From assembly GCA_963713855.1 (NCBI GenBank), contig OY970209.1:1152001-1216000 (forward strand): a DNA stretch of 64,000 bases. The letters are read 5' to 3'. Below the pieces are notes generated by a model. The model saw only the letters and a program-made list of their open reading frames with translations. It was not told the DNA's origin and ran no database searches. Shown here piece after piece: positions 20,465 through 29,192 of this stretch. The position numbers were made by a program, and so were the translations under genes. The stretch comes from an uncultured bacterium. Its GTDB lineage: Bacteria > Babelota > Babeliae > Babelales > Babelaceae. Every line of letters starts with the position of its first letter. The first letter of the stretch is position 1.

Positions 20465-21235
20465 ATGGACTATAGAAAATTTGCTACATTTCTTTTGCTT
20501 ATCGGCCTGCTTTTTAATGTTACACACACAAGTGGCCAAAGTTTTTTAAAAACGGCTTATAAAAGACCTTGGGAAGCTTTTTTTGTTGGATTTCTGGCAC
20601 GGGCTCTTTCCCATTACATTGCGGAACTGACTGCTCATCAAATAATCAACGATCGTTGGTTGACAAAAGACGCAGAAGAAAAATATGAATGGCTTAAAAG
20701 AACTTACCCTTCAATTGAAGCTTCAGTGGCACAAAGCCTTCCTCTTGTAACAAATCTTATTTCACTCGGGCAAGCTGTTTACATGTGGGTACTGGCCAAA
20801 CAATGGTACATCTATTTGCGCTCGATACCAGGTCGACAACATGAGAAGATGAGCCAAGCTTATGACGGAGGCATGGCAGCTTACTTAATATTCGTTGCAT
20901 TTCTTTCGCTCTGGAAAGGCCTTGACAGCTTAAAGATATCAGGAGAAATTGCAAAAGCCTCTACGGCCTTTATAGTCGCACTTTTCGCCCACTATTGCTC
21001 TTTTGTAGGCGTCGGAACTGCTGCTGCACAACAAGTAAGAAGGGATGAATATTTACCAACTATGGCCTTCTTTATTGTTGGAACTATCGCTTCTTTCCTT
21101 GCTGAAAGGGGATTTTTTGCCCTGGGTGCTTTAGAGCCGTGTAAATCGTGCCGTACAGTATATCATAGCGGAAGCGATGCAGCATTTGCAGGTTGGTGGG
21201 CTATACCCGATATCATGAAATTCTCAAGAGCTTAA
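20465..21235 (+). CDS. Exported/multi-pass membrane protein with C-terminal CxxC..H
   Basis: Signal peptide, several hydrophobic helices, CKSCRTVYH; paralog of 23937-24866. Confidence 0.75.
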   Translation: MDYRKFATFLLLIGLLFNVTHTSGQSFLKTAYKRPWEAFFVGFLARALSHYIAELTAHQIINDRWLTKDAEEKYEWLKRTYPSIEASVAQSLPLVTNLISLGQAVYMWVLAKQWYIYLRSIPGRQHEKMSQAYDGGMAAYLIFVAFLSLWKGLDSLKISGEIAKASTAFIVALFAHYCSFVGVGTAAAQQVRRDEYLPTMAFFIVGTIASFLAERGFFALGALEPCKSCRTVYHSGSDAAFAGWWAIPDIMKFSRA

Positions 21236-21335
21236 CTAGCTAGTCTTTTGCTTACGCTGCAGTATTTTCGCATTTTTCGAGCTTGTGCCTTGAAAGGCTC
21301 TTCCGCTATCATTTTTGCAGTAACAGGGTTTACCC

Positions 21336-22562
21336 TTAGGATAAATAGTGCAAAGGGACCGAGCCGGCAGCCAAATCATGAATTGATGGTAATTCGAAAT
21401 TGAGCTGTCTTTCTTGTATCCAAGAAGCAGCATCTTGCATTCCTTGTTCAAGAGCCTCGGTATACGCCTGACTAAGGTACAAGTCTCTCTGTTCAGGTTC
21501 AAGATCGAGTATTTCTTGATAGAAAAACGCTAGCAGCTTTATGTTCCCTTTACGCGCTGCAATTATAAAATACTCAAAGATTGTTTCTACCGATTGTATA
21601 AAGGGAAAAAGTTCTTCGAATAGCTCAATATCGCTACGAGTAATTGCCTCATTAAGGACTTCTTTGATTTTTTCAATGACTTTTTCATGTAAACGTTGAT
21701 TTTCTTCGCGAGAAAAAATCTTTTCTAACGTGGCTTTGTACTCAAAAAGCCAGGCTATTTCGCTCTTTTGCAGGCACACTTTGTTTTCTAAAAGGTACCA
21801 AACAAGTTTTTTAGCTCTTGCACCAATAAGATCAGTTCCAGGAGATATGGCTGTTGCAAGCGCATCGTAAAGAAGCGACTCTCTTGAGTCATCAGCTTCA
21901 ACTGACGCTTTATGGTCTCCGACAGCTTCTTCGAATAAATAACGTACGACCTTATCTGCACCGACGCGAATAGCTAGATTAATAAGCCTTTTTCCTAAGC
22001 TCCTACAAGTGCTTGGGCTTATTCTATTTATGTTGGATTTTATAAATGCTAAATCATCATTTACAAGTGCAGCGTTAACCTCACTATCATCTAAATCTAG
22101 GAGTTTTGGTGGAGAATTTTCATTAGAGATACCTGTTTGTCGAGATTGAGTGGGTTTTGTTTCAATTTTACGTTTCTTTTTTTGCGGTTGGTTGCGGCTC
22201 TCCTGGCGCTCTTGCAAGACTTGTGGGTGACGAGTTTGTGGTTGTGCAGGTCGCTGATTTAGGGCACCGCCCTGGGGCTGCTGTTGGCCGATTTGGTAAT
22301 TCTGGGGATAACTAGATCTGGCCCAGTCTACATAAGAAAGAACGGGGTTCGGAGCCTGGACTGGCGGGGGAGAAAAATAATATCCACGCGGTGGGGCTAA
22401 AAGCAAAAGAGGATACTGCACAGAGCTTGGTTGTGGCGTCGGAGCCGGATTTGGACGATCCTGCCTGAGATTTGGCGCAGTATTTGTCCTATTTTCCATG
22501 CTAAAGGCTGACTCTAGCGAAAAAGCATAAGCAAGGAAGAATAATAGAGTAGAAAGTTTCAT
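21336..22562 (-). CDS. Exported ankyrin-like protein with P/Q-rich N-terminus and NLS
   Basis: Signal peptide then SMENR; P/Q-rich region; PQKKKRKIE; LAIRVGADKVV and AARKGNIKLL repeats. Confidence 0.8.
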   Translation of the reverse strand: MKLSTLLFFLAYAFSLESAFSMENRTNTAPNLRQDRPNPAPTPQPSSVQYPLLLLAPPRGYYFSPPPVQAPNPVLSYVDWARSSYPQNYQIGQQQPQGGALNQRPAQPQTRHPQVLQERQESRNQPQKKKRKIETKPTQSRQTGISNENSPPKLLDLDDSEVNAALVNDDLAFIKSNINRISPSTCRSLGKRLINLAIRVGADKVVRYLFEEAVGDHKASVEADDSRESLLYDALATAISPGTDLIGARAKKLVWYLLENKVCLQKSEIAWLFEYKATLEKIFSREENQRLHEKVIEKIKEVLNEAITRSDIELFEELFPFIQSVETIFEYFIIAARKGNIKLLAFFYQEILDLEPEQRDLYLSQAYTEALEQGMQDAASWIQERQLNFELPSIHDLAAGSVPLHYLS

Positions 22563-22846
22563 ATCGTATCAATTCTAACATTGAAATCACCTTTATTTTA
22601 TCATAAGATTCTAAGCTTACAACTATACTACCTATTTTTATCTCCGTTACATTTTTCTATTTTGGGAATTTTGCGCATCAGGAATCAAAAACGTAAGTCA
22701 CGCTCACCCACATTATAATTCATTGCTAGTATTGAGCGATGGCTCAATGAATTCGTTTGTTCGTAAGAAATACTTATTATTTAACTGTTGCCGGAAGGGC
22801 TATTTTTGAGCTATAATGCTAATTGAAAGATTGAAGGAGAAATTAC

Positions 22847-23782
22847 ATGGTAGCAAAATATATAGCGGCAATAGCGCTTTGGGTATCTTGTCTTTGGTAT
22901 AGTGGTGCCCAAGCAACACAAGAATATCACACACTGCTGGAAAGGCACTTTCCACAACTGAAGTCTGAGCCCGAATCACTCGATAACATGCTTCTGCTTG
23001 CTGAACGGTATTATGATGAAGCAGCTGATGAACAACATTATTATAAAGATCGCGATTATGGCAAAAGAAACGCTTTGCGTTGGTACAATGCCTTAAGAAA
23101 GGTATTTGGCCAACCATTAGCCGCCACCTGGGATGACATTGACTCCAAGTGGTTCCACGAGGCTTATGAAGAGAATCTTCTAAACCTTCTAAATATTCCA
23201 GGATATAAGTGTACATATTATGCTCATGCAAAAGTTGATTTAGATTCTTCGCGCAAACAGGTAAAGGCGCTAGAAAATGTGATGGGACGATTTGATGCAG
23301 ACTGCAAACGAACCCACGAAGAAAAGCTTTTTAAGCAGGCTTACGATGACTACGAAAAACAAACAATGCCTCGCTTGAAATTGAGCTCCTTAAAGTGTGA
23401 TTTGCGAGCTTTGCTTAATGCTATAAGAAAATCAGAAATCAAAAATGAGGAAATAACTGCCAAATATGCTCTTGATCTTGCCGCATATGATGAAAGTCTT
23501 AAAAATAGGGCCTGGTATCAGTTATTAACCCCAGAAGCTCCTACTTTGGAGTTGATTGGCGTCGATCTAAATAAAAGGAGAGCGCTTCATAGATATAATT
23601 ACATCCTCAAGCTTATGGGGCAACCTCCAGTAAATGATTTCGAGCACATCGATGAATCACTTATCGAAAGCGATGACCTCGATTACGACCAATGGATTAA
23701 AGGTTTGAAAGCTACAGAAGATTCAGCTCGTGATCAATTTAAGAAATTCTTGAAGGAAGAAATAACAACCAAAGCTTTCTAA
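22847..23782 (+). CDS. Exported protein with two YNxL repeats
   Basis: AAGGAG SD; signal peptide; ALRWYNALRKVFGQP..IDSKWF and ALHRYNYILKLMGQP..IDESLI. Confidence 0.8.
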   Translation: MVAKYIAAIALWVSCLWYSGAQATQEYHTLLERHFPQLKSEPESLDNMLLLAERYYDEAADEQHYYKDRDYGKRNALRWYNALRKVFGQPLAATWDDIDSKWFHEAYEENLLNLLNIPGYKCTYYAHAKVDLDSSRKQVKALENVMGRFDADCKRTHEEKLFKQAYDDYEKQTMPRLKLSSLKCDLRALLNAIRKSEIKNEEITAKYALDLAAYDESLKNRAWYQLLTPEAPTLELIGVDLNKRRALHRYNYILKLMGQPPVNDFEHIDESLIESDDLDYDQWIKGLKATEDSARDQFKKFLKEEITTKAF

Positions 23783-23936
23783 AATTTGCCTCAACAAGCC
23801 GTTGTTCATTAATGAAAATGCTTGAATCTAATTTTGCGAGGATTATGTTGAGCTTTAAAAAAGATACTCCAGCGAAAATGAGGGTTACGCTTTTAACCCG
23901 CTTTCATCTTGGCTGTTACCAAGCTATTAGGATTTT

Positions 23937-24866
23937 TTAGAACTTTATAAACAGGTAAAACCCTGGGATTGCTGTTGCTAACGCGTGGCCCCAAGCGTCA
24001 CCGGCTTCATGAAACTCTTGGCAAGCATAGCACTCATTGAGATAATCGAAATAATCGACGAGAACGAAATAAAATCCGCGAGAGAGCACCATAAGAGCCA
24101 TACCCATGTTAAAGGTAATAAACGAGAATAAGAAAGGATTGCTTGTTATCTTTCCCGCGGTTATAACGCTTACAGTATAACTGAGATAGCTGAGTATGAG
24201 GCTCAGTGCGAAAGCTTGAGTTACTTCTTTTGTTTGCAGAGCATTCCATTCCTCTTCGCTGGTAATTGTTTGCAATGCCTTATTTGGAAAAGTTTCTTTG
24301 TAACGCCTTAGCGTGGGCAGCATATAAAACTTTGCGATGGCATAGTAAAGAAATAGCACACCTTCAAACAATCGGAAGGCATTTACGCCGTTTGCAAGCG
24401 CGAGATCAAATGTCTTACTTCTGATGATGTCTTTGGAAGCAAGTTGAGGAACCGACTTGCCCTTAATATTCTCAAGCAACTGTTTAAGCTTGCCTCCTTC
24501 GGTAACTTTTTTTATTCCAGCAATTTTTTTATAGAGAATATGCGAAGTTACCCAAAGGGCGATTGCAATGCTCATGGCAGCAACATCTTCTATAAGATCT
24601 TCTCCTATTTTTAGCAAGTCCGGCTTTGTAAAGTCTCTTTGGAGTGGCTGCTCTCGAAATAGCTGGCGACCTTGCCCCACAATAATCTTTGCCAGTTCGG
24701 TAAAAATTGCTCTTGTTGCAAAGCCAAATGCTAATGCAAGAGCAGGTTCATATTTGCCACCGTCTTTAATGAGAGCTCTTTTTTGTTTAAATGGTTGAAG
24801 GACGCTCCTTGCGGTATGGGGAAGGACTAGGGCGCACGTAATTAAGATATAGCTCACCTTTTTCAT
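23937..24866 (-). CDS. Exported/multi-pass membrane protein with C-terminal CxxC..H
   Basis: Probable start MKKVSY (ORF open to 24947); hydrophobic helices; CYACQEFH; paralog of 20465-21235. Confidence 0.75.
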   Translation of the reverse strand: MKKVSYILITCALVLPHTARSVLQPFKQKRALIKDGGKYEPALALAFGFATRAIFTELAKIIVGQGRQLFREQPLQRDFTKPDLLKIGEDLIEDVAAMSIAIALWVTSHILYKKIAGIKKVTEGGKLKQLLENIKGKSVPQLASKDIIRSKTFDLALANGVNAFRLFEGVLFLYYAIAKFYMLPTLRRYKETFPNKALQTITSEEEWNALQTKEVTQAFALSLILSYLSYTVSVITAGKITSNPFLFSFITFNMGMALMVLSRGFYFVLVDYFDYLNECYACQEFHEAGDAWGHALATAIPGFYLFIKF

Positions 24867-25066
24867 ACTAATATTCTTTCTTTGTGTTCTTCTAAAAAAA
24901 GAGTTTAGCATGAAAGTGACAGTCTGGACACAGAATTCAAACCGCAAAAACTTACTTATAAAGCTATTGCTCGAGAGTGAGTGGGCACATCTTCAAAAAT
25001 AGTAGCACCAGAATACTTTTTTGCCGCAATCTACGCGGGATAATACTTTGTTACCATTAGTAGCGT

Positions 25067-25095
25067 TTGACAAAGAAATGACGCAGTGCTACTCT
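25067..25095 (+). promoter_or_regulatory. Sigma70-type promoter for the tandem propeller genes
   Basis: TTGACA-N17-TACTCT with extended TG, 75 nt upstream of ATG 25170. Confidence 0.55.
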
Positions 25096-25169
25096 CCACC
25101 GAAAAATCGGAAGGGAAAAAGGAATAGAGTTTGCGGCGATGAAGGTTACCATCTAAAAAAGGGTATTGT

Positions 25170-26342
25170 ATGAACGTTACTATTCATAGGAAAGTTATTT
25201 TACTTGGCTTTTTAAGCTTAATCTCTCTTATCTCTATAAGAATTAAAGCCAATTGCTGTTTAACGCAGGGCACTTCAACATCGCTGCCGGCAGGTTCGTC
25301 AGCCCCTGAGAGTATAACTTTCTCTCCTAACGGTTCTTATCTAGCTACAGCCAATCCTAATACCTCCAATAACATAACGTTGTTTAGCGTAACAGGCGGC
25401 ACCCTAAGTAGTGGAGTCTCCTACCCATTACCAGGAACCTCCTCAAACCCTCAATCAGTTAGTTTTTCTCCCAATAGTTCTCTATTAGCTACAGCCAATA
25501 GAGATAGTAATGACGTAACACTCTTTCAGTTATCAGGAGGATTGCTTACTGGGGCTTTGTCCACTCCACTACCATCAGGTTCTACGCTTCCCAAAGATGC
25601 AGCTTTTGCTCCCAATGGCTCATATCTTGCAGTGTGTAATGAAAGTTCAAATGATCTAACCATATTTCCTGTTTCAGGCACCGCCTTAGGCACAGGGACT
25701 TCTTCTACATTGCCTACGGGGTCGACCTATCCAATATCGCTTGCAATCGCTCAAAATAGTACGCAGCTTGCCACGGCAAACTTGGTGTCAAACGATGTAA
25801 CGCTCTTTACCGCAACCGCGCAAGGTAGCATTGTTTCAAAAATGTCGTACACTTTGCCATCGGGGGTTCAGTCTCCACGTGCTTTAGCATTTTCACCTAA
25901 CGGCCTTTATCTTGCTGTAGCATGCCAAGCACCAGCAAGTTATGTTGTTTTGTTTGATGTAAATTCTGGTGGAAGCTTAAGTAATGGGGTAGCTTATGCA
26001 CTATCCTCAACCGTTTCTGGACCCACAGGAGTTACTTTCTCAAACGATAACTCGTGTGTCGTTGTGTCGGCCAATAGCGCTCTAACAGTATTTACCATAA
26101 GCAGTGGAACCCTTACTAATGGTACGCTTTATAACTTACCAACGGGCTCTTTAGCGCCTTTTGAGGCCGCATTTTCCCCTTCAGGCGCGTATCTTGCAAC
26201 AGCTAATAATGGTTCAAGCAATATATCCTTATTTACTTACCCCTGCGTGCCTACGACAAATAGCGGCAACAACTCAAGCAGTAGTAGCGCTAGAATAATA
26301 CCTTGGTTCTTAACTAATTTCATGACGACGTACCTTAATTAA
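25170..26342 (+). CDS. 7-blade beta-propeller exported protein with Ser-rich tail
   Basis: Signal peptide; 7 AFSP-type repeats; NSSSSSARIIPWFLTNFMTTYLN tail. Confidence 0.85.
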   Translation: MNVTIHRKVILLGFLSLISLISIRIKANCCLTQGTSTSLPAGSSAPESITFSPNGSYLATANPNTSNNITLFSVTGGTLSSGVSYPLPGTSSNPQSVSFSPNSSLLATANRDSNDVTLFQLSGGLLTGALSTPLPSGSTLPKDAAFAPNGSYLAVCNESSNDLTIFPVSGTALGTGTSSTLPTGSTYPISLAIAQNSTQLATANLVSNDVTLFTATAQGSIVSKMSYTLPSGVQSPRALAFSPNGLYLAVACQAPASYVVLFDVNSGGSLSNGVAYALSSTVSGPTGVTFSNDNSCVVVSANSALTVFTISSGTLTNGTLYNLPTGSLAPFEAAFSPSGAYLATANNGSSNISLFTYPCVPTTNSGNNSSSSSARIIPWFLTNFMTTYLN

Positions 26343-26386
26343 TCGTCAAAAAACGTAACTTGTTCTATATCAAAAGGAGAAAGTGT

Positions 26387-27565
26387 ATGAAATTCAATGC
26401 GCTCTTGAGCATGATACTCTTAACGACAGTTCAATTACATCCAAGCTGTACGCTAAAAACTGGTGCTTATTATTCCTTACCGACTGGCTCGACTGGAACG
26501 CAATATATAGCGTATACCCCCGATAGTGCTTATGCAGCTACGGCCAACTCTACTTCAAATGATGTAACGTTCTTTACGGTCTTTCTAAATGGATCGTTGG
26601 GTGGTACTTCTTATAAGCTTCCCACGGGTTCCACGTCTCCGGAAGGCTTAGCATTTAATGCAAGCCAAACACTTCTTGCTACTGCAAATAATGGTTCAAA
26701 TAACGTATCGATCTTTCCAGTAACAGGTTCAACGCTCGGAACTCCTATCTCATATGCCCTGCCTGCCGGTTCAACAGCTCCAAACGCAATAGTATTCTCG
26801 CCGAACGGGTCCTATGTAGCAACTGCTAATGAATCTAAAGACGTTACCATGTTTTCGGTAGGAGCGGGCGGCGCGTTGACCGGTACCTCTTATCCTTTGC
26901 CTGCTGGATCGGGCTTTCCATTATCGATAGCTTTTTCGCCAGATGGTTCTACGCTTCTTGTTACAGATGGGTTATCTAATGGCGTAATTCTTTTTAAAGT
27001 AACGGCTGGAGCATTGGATGCGGGCACTTTTTATCCCGTTCCAAGTGGATCCATTAACGCTACATCAGTGATTTTTTCACCCGACAGCTCGCTTGTGGCT
27101 ACAGCAAATTTTGCTTCTAATGATGTAACACTCTTTACTTTCTCAAATCAAACGTTAAGTAATGCGCAGTCATTTGCACTCCCTTCGGGAACAACTATGC
27201 CTCGCTCGGTAGCATTTTCGCCAGATAACTCTACATTAGCGGTCTGCAACAATACAGCTAATGTTGTTCTCTTCGATGTTTCAGGAAGTTCTTTAACTGG
27301 TGGTACCTCGTATCCGTTACCTTCAGGGCCATCGCCGCTTCCTTTATGTGTAACGTTTTCAAATACTGGTGCATATTTAGCTACAGCTAACTTTAATACA
27401 AATAATGTGGCGGTATTTCCAGTAACGTGTAGCAATCCTACAACTACAACTCAGACAACCACAACACCAACATCAACGACCGCTTCATCGTCATCAAGTT
27501 CCGCATCGAATACTAAAAGTGAGGCAGCCATAATTGTAAAAGCTTTAAAAGAATTATGCCTTTAA
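26387..27565 (+). CDS. 7-blade beta-propeller exported protein with Thr/Ser-rich stalk
   Basis: AGGAG SD before ATG 26387; signal peptide; 7 repeats; PTTTTQTTTTPTSTTASSSSSS stalk. Confidence 0.85.
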   Translation: MKFNALLSMILLTTVQLHPSCTLKTGAYYSLPTGSTGTQYIAYTPDSAYAATANSTSNDVTFFTVFLNGSLGGTSYKLPTGSTSPEGLAFNASQTLLATANNGSNNVSIFPVTGSTLGTPISYALPAGSTAPNAIVFSPNGSYVATANESKDVTMFSVGAGGALTGTSYPLPAGSGFPLSIAFSPDGSTLLVTDGLSNGVILFKVTAGALDAGTFYPVPSGSINATSVIFSPDSSLVATANFASNDVTLFTFSNQTLSNAQSFALPSGTTMPRSVAFSPDNSTLAVCNNTANVVLFDVSGSSLTGGTSYPLPSGPSPLPLCVTFSNTGAYLATANFNTNNVAVFPVTCSNPTTTTQTTTTPTSTTASSSSSSASNTKSEAAIIVKALKELCL

Positions 27566-27577
27566 TGTATGAAAGTG

Positions 27578-27612
27578 AAAGAAAGGAGGATTAACACCTC
27601 CTTTCTTTATTT
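27578..27612. terminator. Bidirectional intrinsic terminator
   Basis: AAAGAAAGGAGG-loop-CCTCCTTTCTTT between convergent genes. Confidence 0.7.
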
Positions 27613-27631
27613 AAAATTCATGAAATAAGAT

Positions 27632-28324
27632 TTATTCAGCTTGGCTTCCGATGAATGTCCACTTGTTTGGCCCTGTTGAATCAAGACTCATCTGCATGGC
27701 ACCACAGTATGGAAATTTGGCGGGAGAATTCAATTTGATTGTTTGATCCCCAATGTGAAGATTTGCTCCAGTCATACAGCACCGACCCAAATCATCGTGC
27801 ACTTCACTTCCGGGAGAAAGTGTATACCACTTTTGGTCACAGCCACCTGCGCAACTGCCAAGAGGGCAGGTCAAATCAACCGTAACTGTGGCTCCTTCAG
27901 TGAGGTTACTTTTAATAGCTAATTTAGTTGGAGGCCACTTTCGTCCGCCAAAGAACCATCCAGTATCCCAAGCACCAAAAATGCTTAAGTAGATGTCGCC
28001 ACATGCCGGTAACGCGAGAGATGGATCGAGCTTTTGTACTGCTACAGCCGTCTGGTCAATGTCTTTAATCACGTATAACGTTGCATCGGTAACGCAACAT
28101 TCGCCTATATCCACAACACGGCTTCCTTCTGAAATTAGGTTAGTAGCTTTGGAGATACAGGTTTCAGAGCATTTTGCATCTTTTGGACAAGCCAAAGTAA
28201 GCGAGACCATCGGAGACGATTGAAGGTTGCTTTGATAATTGCTTTGAATGGTAACCTGCCCCGGATGAGTCGTCAAAGCAGTCATTAAAAAAGCAGAAGA
28301 AATTTGTATAGCGCTAAGTCTCAT
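27632..28324 (-). CDS. Exported Cys-rich protein with two CC-family domains
   Basis: Signal peptide; two copies of LxCPxxxxCxxxC...D(I/L)GxCC...PxCG. Confidence 0.8.
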   Translation of the reverse strand: MRLSAIQISSAFLMTALTTHPGQVTIQSNYQSNLQSSPMVSLTLACPKDAKCSETCISKATNLISEGSRVVDIGECCVTDATLYVIKDIDQTAVAVQKLDPSLALPACGDIYLSIFGAWDTGWFFGGRKWPPTKLAIKSNLTEGATVTVDLTCPLGSCAGGCDQKWYTLSPGSEVHDDLGRCCMTGANLHIGDQTIKLNSPAKFPYCGAMQMSLDSTGPNKWTFIGSQAE

Positions 28325-28734
28325 ACATTCTCCTTGTTAGCTTTTTTGAGCTGGGTAAAACCGTACTGATTTGGCCCTGTTGAGTCAAGACTCAGCTGTG
28401 TGGTATCACAGATCGGAAAATTGGCCGGGTCGAGCTTATTTATTGATGATACCGTCGGCCACCACCCCATCACGTACAATGTTGCATCACTGATGCAACA
28501 TTGACCTATATCTGCAGTAGCGATTGAAGGATATAGTTCACCTTTTGGATACAAATTAAATGCTTTGAAAGTACATGCTTCAGAACATTTTGCACCCTTT
28601 GGGCAAGCCAAAGTAAGCGACACTAGGTGCCGGTACCCTTGAGTAAGGTTATTTTGAATGGTAACAAATACAGGTAGAGTCGTCATAACCATCGTTAAAA
28701 GTGCAAAAGAAATTGTAATAGCAGTTGGCCTCAT
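28321..28734 (-). CDS. Exported Cys-rich protein with one CC-family domain
   Basis: Close paralog of the downstream gene (LTLACPKGAKCSEAC, DIGQCC, SLDSTGPN); ATGA overlap. Confidence 0.8.
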   Translation of the reverse strand: MRPTAITISFALLTMVMTTLPVFVTIQNNLTQGYRHLVSLTLACPKGAKCSEACTFKAFNLYPKGELYPSIATADIGQCCISDATLYVMGWWPTVSSINKLDPANFPICDTTQLSLDSTGPNQYGFTQLKKANKENV

Positions 28735-29192
28735 GCGTTCACCTTATGCATTAATTTAATAGAGATATATTCCCTGATTTTATCATAAAATTGTTAAATA
28801 ATTCAATATTTGTAATAAAATATAGCAGTTTTGATTATAATACCCAGAGCGCAAGATTTTCGCCTCGCTTTAATAAAGACTAAGTACAGGTTTTCCGCGC
28901 TCGCACGAGGAATCATTTACCCGATCTTTGAAGATGGAGCTTGCGCACGGTTAGCTCAAGATTCATTTCGCGGCTTCCGTTTGTTGTTCTTGTCCGATTA
29001 GCTCGCTGGTATTTAATGTTCCAAAGCGAAGAAACATTTTTAAAGTCGGGATTGTATATCTTAAAAAAACTAAGCGTGACAAGGAACTGTAAGCTTACTA
29101 AAAAAATATTTCACCTTTTTAAAACAAAATCATGAGTATGTGCTAAGCAAAAACTCTCAGTGATGGAACCCATTGGCAACAAGATCTTGGTC

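Noticed and set aside
21135..21170. c-type heme motif in the CxxC membrane proteins
   Set aside because: His is 4-5 residues after the second Cys, not adjacent as in CxxCH
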